Assembly (NCBI GenBank): GCA_039648985.1
Contig: JBBWZJ010000131.1
Coordinates: 1 to 59,869, forward strand
Length of the DNA stretch: 59,869 nt
Direction: 5' to 3'
From: Acidobacteriota bacterium
Lineage (GTDB): Bacteria; Acidobacteriota; Vicinamibacteria; Vicinamibacterales; 2-12-FULL-66-21
This document shows positions 27,594-36,400 of the stretch, in pieces. Numbering within the stretch: the first letter of the stretch is position 1; each line of letters begins with the position of its first letter. The notes beneath the pieces are model-generated. The model searched no databases. It saw nothing but the letters and a program-made list of their open reading frames with translations, and was not told the DNA's origin. The position numbers and the translations under genes are program-made.

Positions 27594-27972
27594 GTCTGTA
27601 TCTGGCGTTCGCGCGTTTCCGTACAGACCGTGTATTCGACGACTGCTAATTTGTCCAGCCGTGCACCAACATTCGACGAGAACTGCTCCGCGGTCATCCG
27701 CGTTCGCCCGGTCGTGGGGCTGCCGCGAACGGGCCGGCGTGAGCACGGCGCGTGAGCGGCTGGCCCACGCGCGGGAGACACTTCACCGCGCGCGCCGGCA
27801 GCTGGCGCAATCCGCGCGGATTCTGAACCGGCCGACCGAGCGCGAGTGAGCGCGGCCGTTCCGCTCCGTGCGTCGGTTACGCACGACGTCACCGCAGTTG
27901 CATGACGGTTCGCAACCATCGCGCGCGGCGGCGGGTAGTACACGTTCCGATTCCACAGGGCTCCTTCTCGCC

Positions 27973-29775
27973 ATGGGTGTTCGACTTCGGTCTATCGGCG
28001 CGGCTCCGGCGGCCCTCCTCCTGCTCCTGCTCCTCGCGAACGGCTGCGGTCGCTCGTCCAGCATCAGCGTCGTCCAGCCCTCGAACAGCAAGTGCGACAT
28101 CTCGGTCAGCAACAGCGTCCCGCGCGTGCCCGCGAGCGGCGGCCGCGGCAACCTGACAGTGGACACCAACCGTGAGTGCTCGTGGTCGGCGCGCGCCGAG
28201 GCGTCCTGGATCACGTTGAGCGGGTCCGAGGGCCAGGGGCCCGCGACGCTCGCCTACACGGTCACGCCGAACGCGAACGGCACGCCGCGTCAGAGCGCGG
28301 TCGTCGTCGGAGACGAGCGAGTGGCCGTCACGCAGGACGCCGCGCCCTGCCGTTACGACGTGTCGCCGGCGAGCGTGGCGGTGGCGGCGGCGGGTGGAGA
28401 CATCGCGATCAATATCGCCGCGCCGGGCGGGTGCCCGTGGAGCGCGCGCGGCGAGAACAGCTGGATTGCGAACGCCACACCGGCGTCCGGCGAAGGAGGC
28501 GGGGCGGTGCGTTTCACCATCGCCGCCAATCCCGGCGCTCCGCGTGCGGGCACGGCCACCGTCGCGGGCGTGACAGTACAGATCGTCCAGGCAAGCGCGG
28601 CACAGCCCGCACCAGCGCCGGAGCCAGTTCCCCCGTCGCCGGCCCCATCCCCGGCACCCGCGCCGGCACCTGCACCCGCGCCAGCGCCAACTCCAACGCC
28701 CGCGCCGACCCCGGAACCGCCGGCCCCCACCTGCAGCTACGCGGTGGCACCGGCGCGCAAGACGATCGCGGCCTCAGGGGAAACGACGACGGTCAGCGTC
28801 ACGACCACGAACGGCTGCGACTGGACGGCGAGCAGCGGCGCCGACTGGATCAGCATTGCCGGCCGACAGAGCGGGTCGGGCAACGGATCGGTTCAGGTCG
28901 TGTCCGATCGGAACACGGGGGGCGCGCGCTCGGGCTTTGTCACCGTCGCCGGCCGCCGGGTGACGCTCGACCAGGCGGCCGCGCCGGCGCCACCGCCGCC
29001 ACCCCCCCCTGCGCCGTGCGCCTACAGCATCAAGCCCGGCTCGTACAATTCGGGCCGCGGCCCCGACGACATCGTCGTGAATGTCACCACGGACAGCGGC
29101 TGCGCGTGGACGGCGACAAGCCAGGCGCCGTGGATCACCGTCGCCGACGGTCGCAGCGGCTCGGGCAGCGGCACCGTCCGCCTCCACGTGGACCCGAACA
29201 ATGCAGGACCGCGCACCGGAACCGTCCTCATCGCGGGGGAAACGTTCACCGTGCGTCAGGAAGGCCTCACCTGCACATACAGCATCGCGCCGACACACTA
29301 CGAGGCCGGGCCGGGGCCGGACAATGTCCGCGTGAACGTCACGACCGATAACGGTTGCGCGTGGACGTCCCAGACGGACGCGTCGTGGATCTCGATTGCG
29401 GAAGGGCGAAGCGGCAACGGCAATGGGACCGTCCGGCTGACCGTCGACGCCAACACGGGCCCGGCCCGCTCGGCGGTGGTGACGATTGCCGGGCAATCCT
29501 TCACGCTCGCGCAGGGCGGCTGCGCGGTGGCGATCAAGCCGACGTATTACGATGCGGGGCGCGGCCCTGACGACATTCGGATCAGTGTGACGGCGGACCC
29601 GGGCTGCAACTGGAGCACGGTGAACAATGCGCCGTGGGTCACCGTGGCCGAAGGACGCACCGGCGCCGGGAACGGCACCGTGCGGCTGCTTGTCGACCCG
29701 AACAGCGCGGGTCCGAGAACGGCGACGATCACGATCGGGGGCGAGCCGTTTTCGCTGCGGCAGGAGGGCCGATAG
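27973..29775 (+). CDS. Lipoprotein with six BACON-like repeats and Pro/Ala-rich linkers
   Basis: I trimmed the start to the ATG at 27973. The signal carries a lipobox (LLLLLLANGC). Six units of about 85 aa follow the pattern C-x-Y-x-(V/I)-x-P...GC-x-W-(S/T)-A...W-I...G-x-G-x-G-x-V...N-x-G-x-x-R-x-(A/G)-x-(V/I)-x-(V/I)-x-G...Q. The linker reads PAPAPEPVPPSPAPSPAPAPAPAPAPAPTPTPAPTPEPPAP. Confidence 0.8.
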   Translation: MGVRLRSIGAAPAALLLLLLLANGCGRSSSISVVQPSNSKCDISVSNSVPRVPASGGRGNLTVDTNRECSWSARAEASWITLSGSEGQGPATLAYTVTPNANGTPRQSAVVVGDERVAVTQDAAPCRYDVSPASVAVAAAGGDIAINIAAPGGCPWSARGENSWIANATPASGEGGGAVRFTIAANPGAPRAGTATVAGVTVQIVQASAAQPAPAPEPVPPSPAPSPAPAPAPAPAPAPTPTPAPTPEPPAPTCSYAVAPARKTIAASGETTTVSVTTTNGCDWTASSGADWISIAGRQSGSGNGSVQVVSDRNTGGARSGFVTVAGRRVTLDQAAAPAPPPPPPPAPCAYSIKPGSYNSGRGPDDIVVNVTTDSGCAWTATSQAPWITVADGRSGSGSGTVRLHVDPNNAGPRTGTVLIAGETFTVRQEGLTCTYSIAPTHYEAGPGPDNVRVNVTTDNGCAWTSQTDASWISIAEGRSGNGNGTVRLTVDANTGPARSAVVTIAGQSFTLAQGGCAVAIKPTYYDAGRGPDDIRISVTADPGCNWSTVNNAPWVTVAEGRTGAGNGTVRLLVDPNSAGPRTATITIGGEPFSLRQEGR

Positions 29776-29808
29776 CCGCGGCCGCGAGCGCGGAAGCCGC
29801 TCGCGGAG

Positions 29809-30030
29809 TCAGTGTGACTTGCGTTGCCGGCGGTGAAGCGCCTCGGTTGCCTTCGCAAGGTCTTCCGCCCTCACCAGCAGATCAGCGCCGGCGATCGCGG
29901 GATACATTCCCCCCGCGTTGTCGGACCGGACCATGGAATCGATACCGGCTTCATCGAGGACGCCCTTCGCAATCCGGGCGTCCACCGTTGACGGGAACGT
30001 GGAGACGGCGACCAGTTCTGAGGATTTCAT
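29809..30030 (-). CDS. DUF2007-like small protein (putative signal-transducing protein fold)
   Basis: The 73-aa C-terminal part of ORF 29809..30342, starting at the ATG at 30030. It reads MKSSELVAVSTFPSTVDARIAKGVLDEAGIDSMVRSDNAGG...LLVRAEDLAKATEALH. The upstream extension is Arg-rich junk. Confidence 0.65.
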   Translation of the reverse strand: MKSSELVAVSTFPSTVDARIAKGVLDEAGIDSMVRSDNAGGMYPAIAGADLLVRAEDLAKATEALHRRQRKSH

Positions 30031-30103
30031 CGTGTCACTTCGGGTTCGAGCCGACGGACGATTCCCTCGAACGCCAGGAGCATCGATTACCCCCGGGTGA
30101 ATT

Positions 30104-30331
30104 TCAAACCGACCCGGTGCCGGGATGCCCGAGGGCGAACCGGGCCGAGCGATCCCGCCCGGGCGTGGCTTTCCGGCGCTCGGCAATCGTCCACGTCTCG
30201 CCGCACGCCGAACAGCGCACGTACACGAGCGTGCGCCCGAGCGTCTCGGCTTTCGCGGCGACAGCATTGCATTTCGGGCAGGACAGGAATCGTTCGGGCT
30301 CGCGCGAGGTCTGTCGTTGATTGTCCGCCAT
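30104..30331 (-). CDS. Small zinc-ribbon protein
   Basis: Two CxxC pairs are present (CPKCN ... CSACGE). I chose the ATG at 30331 (MADNQRQ...). The ORF-track start at 30367 is a TTG overlapping the upstream stop. Confidence 0.5.
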   Translation of the reverse strand: MADNQRQTSREPERFLSCPKCNAVAAKAETLGRTLVYVRCSACGETWTIAERRKATPGRDRSARFALGHPGTGSV

Positions 30332-30363
30332 GCGCTCACCATGCCACAAAGCTCGGCCGTTAA

Positions 30364-31881
30364 TCAATCGAACCCGCGTGCCGCGCTACCCTGCCTGACC
30401 GGGTTGCCGTCACTGTCGGAGATCTCCACGTCCCCTTTTTTCTTCAGGATGTCGGTGATTTTCGCTGCATCCCCGACCGCTACGATCTGGAGACGGCCCG
30501 GGGCCCAGTATTTCTGCGCGGCGGCCTGCGCCTGCGCGGGCGTGACCGCCATCACGCGCGCCGGATACGTGTCCCAGTAATCCGAGGGCAGTCCGTACTG
30601 CCAGTTCTCGACGTAGTACCCGAGCAGCTGCTGCGGGTTTTCGAGCGCCAGGGCAAAGCTGCCCACAATCGCGCGCTTGACGTCGGCGAACTCCGCATCC
30701 GGCACGGGCGTGTCCCGCAGCCCGGCGACTTCGGCCAGCAGATCCGTCAGGGCAGGTTCGGTCACCTCGGTGCGCACGCTCGTCGAGGCGGTCCACCCGC
30801 CGCGATACTGCGTGGCGGAGAAGAAGCTCCCGACGCTGTAGGTGTAGCCCTTCTCTTCGCGCAAATGCCGGAACAGCCGTCCCATCGTGCCGCCGAGCAC
30901 CCGGTTCACGACGGTCAGCGCGGCGTAATCAGGATCGGCTCGCAGCATGGACTGTGTGCCCACGCTGAGCGTCGTCTGGACCGACCCGGGACGCGCGACA
31001 AGGAAGACCCGCGCGGGTCCGACAGGTGCCGGATCCGTGACCGCTGGCTTCGGCACGCCCGCTTTCGTCCACCCCGAGAACTTCGCGTCCAGGAGCTTCC
31101 TGGCTTCAGCGAGCGAGATGTCGCCGGCGAATGCGATGGCGGCATGATCCGGAACGTACCGCGTCTTGTGAAACGTGACGAGCGCGTCGGGCGTGATCGC
31201 GTCGAGACTGGCCGCGGTCGCCGAGATTCGGCCGGCAGGGTGGACGCCGAACACGGCGCGATTCAACGCCTCGGCGGCGAGGAAGTTGGGGTTCGAGCGA
31301 TTCTGGACGAGGCCGGCCCTGCTGCGCGTTCTCAGGCGCTCCCATTCCGCCGGAGCGAACGCCGGATGCAGCAGCACATCGGCGGCGAGGTCCATCAGCT
31401 TTTCGAAGTTCTCCGTGAGCGAACTGCCGGCGACCGATGCCGACGCGGCCGCCATCCCACTGTTTACCGTCAACGTCGCCGACATCGTTTCGAGGGCTTC
31501 AGAAATCTGCGGGGAGGTGCGCGTCGTCGTGCCCTCCCGCATCAGCTGTCCTGTCAGACTCGCGAGGCCGACCTGGTCGGGTGGATCGAAGTAGCCGCCG
31601 GCGCCCGGGATGATGATCTGAAACGTGATCTGCGGCAGATGACGATCTTCGAGGACGATCAGGTGCAGGCCATTTGCAAGGTCCGCTTCCTGCGGGCGAG
31701 GCAGCTTCACCTTCAGCACGTCGGGGGACACCGGCGCCCTGCCCTTCAGCACCATGCGTGTTGTAGACGGCGCCGGTGCACCACCCTGGGCCGGGGCCTG
31801 CGCGGCCGCCGGTGCGGTGATTGCGAATACCCCGAACCCGCCCGCGAGTGCCGCGGCGGCGATGCGGCGCGGCAACATCAC
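30364..31881 (-). CDS. M16-family peptidase, non-catalytic-type subunit (no HxxEH)
   Basis: 505 aa with a signal peptide (AAALAGGFGVFAITAPAAAQA). It has M16 two-lobe length and composition, but lacks HxxEH at the expected place (GLASLTGQLMREGT). The start overlaps the stop of the upstream M16 gene. Confidence 0.85.
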   Translation of the reverse strand: MMLPRRIAAAALAGGFGVFAITAPAAAQAPAQGGAPAPSTTRMVLKGRAPVSPDVLKVKLPRPQEADLANGLHLIVLEDRHLPQITFQIIIPGAGGYFDPPDQVGLASLTGQLMREGTTTRTSPQISEALETMSATLTVNSGMAAASASVAGSSLTENFEKLMDLAADVLLHPAFAPAEWERLRTRSRAGLVQNRSNPNFLAAEALNRAVFGVHPAGRISATAASLDAITPDALVTFHKTRYVPDHAAIAFAGDISLAEARKLLDAKFSGWTKAGVPKPAVTDPAPVGPARVFLVARPGSVQTTLSVGTQSMLRADPDYAALTVVNRVLGGTMGRLFRHLREEKGYTYSVGSFFSATQYRGGWTASTSVRTEVTEPALTDLLAEVAGLRDTPVPDAEFADVKRAIVGSFALALENPQQLLGYYVENWQYGLPSDYWDTYPARVMAVTPAQAQAAAQKYWAPGRLQIVAVGDAAKITDILKKKGDVEISDSDGNPVRQGSAARGFD

Positions 31882-33221
31882 TGGCCTCCGTTCGGCGCGG
31901 ACGGCTTCGGCATCGTCTGCAGAACCGTTCGGCCCGTCTTGACGAGGTACTGCCGTGCCACGCGCTGGACGTCGGCGGCCGTGACTCTGGCCATGCGCTC
32001 CTCTTCCGTGTTGATCCGCCCGGGCTGGTCGTAATAGAGCGCATCCTGCGACAGCTGCACGGCTTTGCTCAAGGAGCTGCCGAGCGCACTGACGAAGGCG
32101 CGTCTCGCGCTGGTTCGCGCCTTTTCGATCTCCCAGCCGGCGACCGGCTCCGCCTTGAGCCGCTCGATCTCCGCATCCACTGCCGCTTCGAGGTCGCCAA
32201 GGGTCTTGCCGGGGAGCGCCGTTCCGATGATCTTGAAGAGGCCCGGCCCGCGCGACTCCTCCGCGAATGCGGACACGCCGGTGGACAGCTGCTTCTGTCT
32301 GACGATCGACTCATAGAACCGCGAGCTGCGTCCGCCGGACAGCACCGTCGCGAGCACCTCGATGGCGTCCGTGTCAGGTGAGGCGCTGGGAGGAATCCGG
32401 TACGCCATGTCCAGCCGTGGCAGCCGCGCCAGACGGTCGTCGATCGTGCGTCTTCGCTCCTCGGTCTGGGCTCCTTCCGTCGTGTCCACCGCGGCGGGCG
32501 AGGGCTGCCTCGGGACGGCGCCGAAAAATTTCTCGAGCTTCGACAGCGTTGTCTTCGTATCGACGTCGCCGACGATGCCGATGACGGCGTTGTTGGGGGC
32601 GTAGTACGTCCTGAAGAACGCCGCGACGTCGTCGACGCTCGCGGCGCTCAAATCGGCCATCGACCCGATCACGGAATGTTGATACGCGAAGTTGTCGTAG
32701 GCGATCTCGTCGAGCGCTTCGAACGTGCGGCCGTAGGGCTGGTTGTCCACGCCGCCGCGCCGCTCTTCCTGTACCGCGTTCCGCTGGTTGTCGAGGTTCT
32801 CCGCCGTAATCGCCAGCGACTTCATGCGGTCCGACTCGAGGAACAATCCGAGGTCCAGCTGGTTGGCGGGCAGCGTCTCGTAGTACATCGTCCGATCCTT
32901 GTTCGTCGTGCCATTCATCGACCCGCCGTTCATGAAGATCAGATACGGGTGCTCGTTCTGGCCGACGTTCTCGGATCCCTTGAACATCATGTGCTCGAAG
33001 AGATGCGCGAACCCGGTGCGCCCCTTGCGTTCGTCGCGCGATCCCACGTTGTACTGCACGACGATCGAGTACACGGGCGCGGCGTGATCCTCGGAGATGA
33101 TCACTCTCAAGCCGTTCCGGAGCTTTGAATCGGTGAAGTGCACGCTCGCCGGAGGCGCGGCGGCAACGCCGGCAACGAGCACGAGGCCGAGCGGGATCAA
33201 CCGGCGAAGTGGAGTGGTCAT
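31878..33221 (-). CDS. M16-family zinc peptidase (insulinase/pitrilysin type), catalytic subunit
   Basis: 447 aa with a signal peptide. The inverted zinc motif HxxEH is present in GFAHLFEHMMFKGSEN. Confidence 0.9.
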   Translation of the reverse strand: MTTPLRRLIPLGLVLVAGVAAAPPASVHFTDSKLRNGLRVIISEDHAAPVYSIVVQYNVGSRDERKGRTGFAHLFEHMMFKGSENVGQNEHPYLIFMNGGSMNGTTNKDRTMYYETLPANQLDLGLFLESDRMKSLAITAENLDNQRNAVQEERRGGVDNQPYGRTFEALDEIAYDNFAYQHSVIGSMADLSAASVDDVAAFFRTYYAPNNAVIGIVGDVDTKTTLSKLEKFFGAVPRQPSPAAVDTTEGAQTEERRRTIDDRLARLPRLDMAYRIPPSASPDTDAIEVLATVLSGGRSSRFYESIVRQKQLSTGVSAFAEESRGPGLFKIIGTALPGKTLGDLEAAVDAEIERLKAEPVAGWEIEKARTSARRAFVSALGSSLSKAVQLSQDALYYDQPGRINTEEERMARVTAADVQRVARQYLVKTGRTVLQTMPKPSAPNGGQ

Positions 33222-33454
33222 CGTTCAGAATCCTCGAGCTGCGGGCGACAGGCACGGCTCAGGTGCGCATAGTGGTGCCACGAGCCCGATGGTGTCAAGA
33301 CAATGGAATTCAATTCTGCGCCAGTCCCCGCCGATTGCGAGTACGCTTCTATCGAACATGACCCTTTATACGGTTGGGCCCTCGAACCGTGCCTGGATGT
33401 GCCGCTGAGCGCCGTCGCCGCCCCGCTGGATTCCCCGGACGCAGATAGCACAAC

Positions 33455-36400
33455 GTGGTGACCCAGACCGTCCAGGCCGGCACCGGCCTGCTCGATCGTC
33501 CGGCGGCGGCGCCGACCGACATCTTCAGCCACGACCAGCTGCAGGCTCACGCGGCGGCGATTGCCGCAGCGCACACGCTCGCGGCCAATCCCCGGCGCGG
33601 CCGCCCGCTCCTGCCGCGGCTCGACGACAGCGCCGCGGTGCTGGACGACGCCTACCGCTACCTGTCGTCGGCCGCGCGGCGCGATCCGCAGCCTGTCGCA
33701 GCGGAGGACTGGCTCTGCGACAACTACCACGTGGTCCAGCACCAGGTGCGGGAGATCCAGCAGCACCTGCCACGGCGGTACTACCTGGAGCTTCCGAAGC
33801 TCGCCGACGGCGCGTTTCAGGGATATCCGCGCGTGTACCTCCTCGCGCGCGAGCTCATTGCGCACACCGCCGGCCGTATCGACGTCGAGACGCTCGTGGA
33901 CTTCTGCACCGCGTACCAGCGCACGGCCGTGTTGTCGATCGGCGAGGTCTGGGCGGTTCCCATCATGCTGCGGCTGGCGCTCGTCGAAGAAGTGCGACGC
34001 CTCGCCGACGGCGTCGTCAGCGCGAGGCGCAGCCGTGAGAAGGCGCGCGCGTGGCAGGACGAGCTCGTGCGCGGCGCGGACTGGACCGAGCGGAACGTCC
34101 GGCATCTGCTGGACGCGGGCGCGCAGGCGGACAGGCGGCTGTCGCCGGCGTTCGTCGTCGAACTGCTGGCATGGCTGCGCGATCAATCCGCGTCGGCCGC
34201 GACGGCGTGGTCGGCCCTCCAGGCGGCGTTGCGCGATCAGGGGGACTCCGCGGAGGAGATGCTGCGCATCGAGCATCAGCGCCAGGCGGGCGACCAGCTT
34301 GCGATCGGGAACGCGATCACCAGCATGCGCCTGCTCTCCTCGATCGACTGGACGCTTTTCTTCGAACGCGTGAGTCTCGTCGATCGCGTGCTGCGGGGCG
34401 ATCCCGCGGGCGCGTACGCCGAGATGGACTTCCCCACGCGGGATCGCTATCGGCACTCGGTCGAAGCGGTGGCAAAACGGACCGCGAGGCAGGAATCCGA
34501 TGTCGCGGCGCTCGCGGTCGGCCTCGCGAGGACTGCGATGCGCAACGACCCCGGCCACGACCGCAGCCATCACGTCGGGTATTACCTGATTTCCCGTGGC
34601 CGGTTCCGCCTGGAACGCGAGGTGGGCTATCGCCCGTCGATCCGTGAGCGGCTCGCGCGCTTCGCGTTCCGCCACCAGGCGCTCGGCTACCTGGGGACGC
34701 TCGCGACCTTCACCGCCGCCGGTGTGCTCAGCATGGTCATTCACGCCGCGCGGCTCGGCACCACCGGGACGCAGCTCTGGATTGTGGCGGCGGTCGTGCT
34801 CCTGCCGGTCAGCGAGCTGGTCATCAGCCTGGTCAACCTGATCGTGACGGCACAGGTGCGGCCGCGCGAGCTGCCGAAGCTCGCGATGCGGGACGGCATT
34901 CCGGCGGCGAACAGGACGCTGGTGGTGGTTCCCGTCATCGTGGACTCGGAGGCGAGCCTCGGCGGGTTTCTCCACGATCTGGAAGTCCGTTCGCTCGGCA
35001 ATCGGGATCAGCACCTGCACTTCGCGCTCCTCAGCGACTTTCCCGATGCGGATCAGGCGTCGCTCGACGGGGAGCACGAGATCCTCGAGGACGCTCGACG
35101 GCGCATCGACGAGCTGAACGCACGCTACGGTGCGGGCCGCTTCCACTTCCTCCACCGGGAGAGGCGATGGAACGCCGCCGAGCACCGCTGGATGGGATGG
35201 GAACGGAAGCGCGGCAAGCTCACCGAGCTCAATCACCTCCTGCGCGGAGCGACGGACACGAGCTTCCGCGTGTGCCACGGCGACCAGCATCTGCTGACGT
35301 CCGTCCGGTTCGTGATCACGCTCGATTCGGACACACAGCTGCCGATGGAGGCAGCGCGGCGCCTGGTGGGCACGCTGGCGCATCCCTTGAACTGCCCGCG
35401 TTTCGATCCGGTCCTCCGCAGGGTGACCGAGGGATACGGCGTACTGCAGCCGCGCGTCGGCGTCAGCGTCGTCAGCGCGAACAGCACGGCGTTCGCCCGG
35501 GTGTTCTCAGGCCACGTCGGTGTGGATCCGTACACCACGGCGGTGTCGGACGTTTACCAGGACCTGTTCCACGAAGGCAGCTACGTCGGGAAAGGGATCT
35601 ACGACGTCGATGCCTTCGAGGGATCGCTCGCCAACCGTGTTCCCGAGAACACGCTGCTCAGCCACGACCTGTTCGAGGGCTTCTACGCACGCGCGGGGCT
35701 CTGCACCGACATCCAGCTCGTGGACGACTATCCGACGCAGTATCTCGCGTACGCGGCGCGCCAGCACCGCTGGGCCCGCGGCGACTGGCAGATCGCGCGG
35801 TGGCTCTGGCGGACGGTGCCGGATGCGGCCCAGCGTCCGGTGGCCAATACACTGCCGGCGATCGCACGCTGGAAGATTCTCGACAACCTTCGTCGGAGCA
35901 CACTGGCTCCGGCGCTGACGCTCCTCCTTGCCGCGGGCTGGACCATCCTCCCCGGATCGCCGCTGCTCTGGACGCTCCTCGCGGTGCTGGTGCTGGCGTT
36001 CCCCGCGTACATCCAGGTCGGCCGCGCGCTCTCGAGCCGCGTGCGCGGCGTACCGCTCCGGGAGCACATCCTTGCCGAACGCGACAGCGTCCGGACGAGC
36101 GCACGCCAGTCGCTGCTCTCGACCACGTTCCTGGCACATCAGACGTACCTGATGATCGACGCGGTGATGCGGACGGTCTGGCGCCTCCTCGTCAGCCGCC
36201 GGCATCTCCTCGAGTGGGTCTCGGCCGAGCAGTTCGCGCGTCACGACCCGACGCCGTTGCAGGTGGCCCAGCGGATGTGGGCCGGTCCGGCCGGCGCGGT
36301 CGCCATGACGGTCCTCGTCGGCGCCGTCGCTCCAACCCGGCTGGTTCTCGCGCTGCCCGTCATCGCCTTGTGGCTCGCGTCCCCAGCGGTGGCCTATCTG

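Noticed and set aside
33306-33316. GAATTCAATTC palindrome in the lower-GC divergent region between the M16 operon and the glucan synthase, as a possible operator.
   Set aside because: It has only 5-bp arms and no candidate regulator adjacent. It is too short to distinguish from chance.
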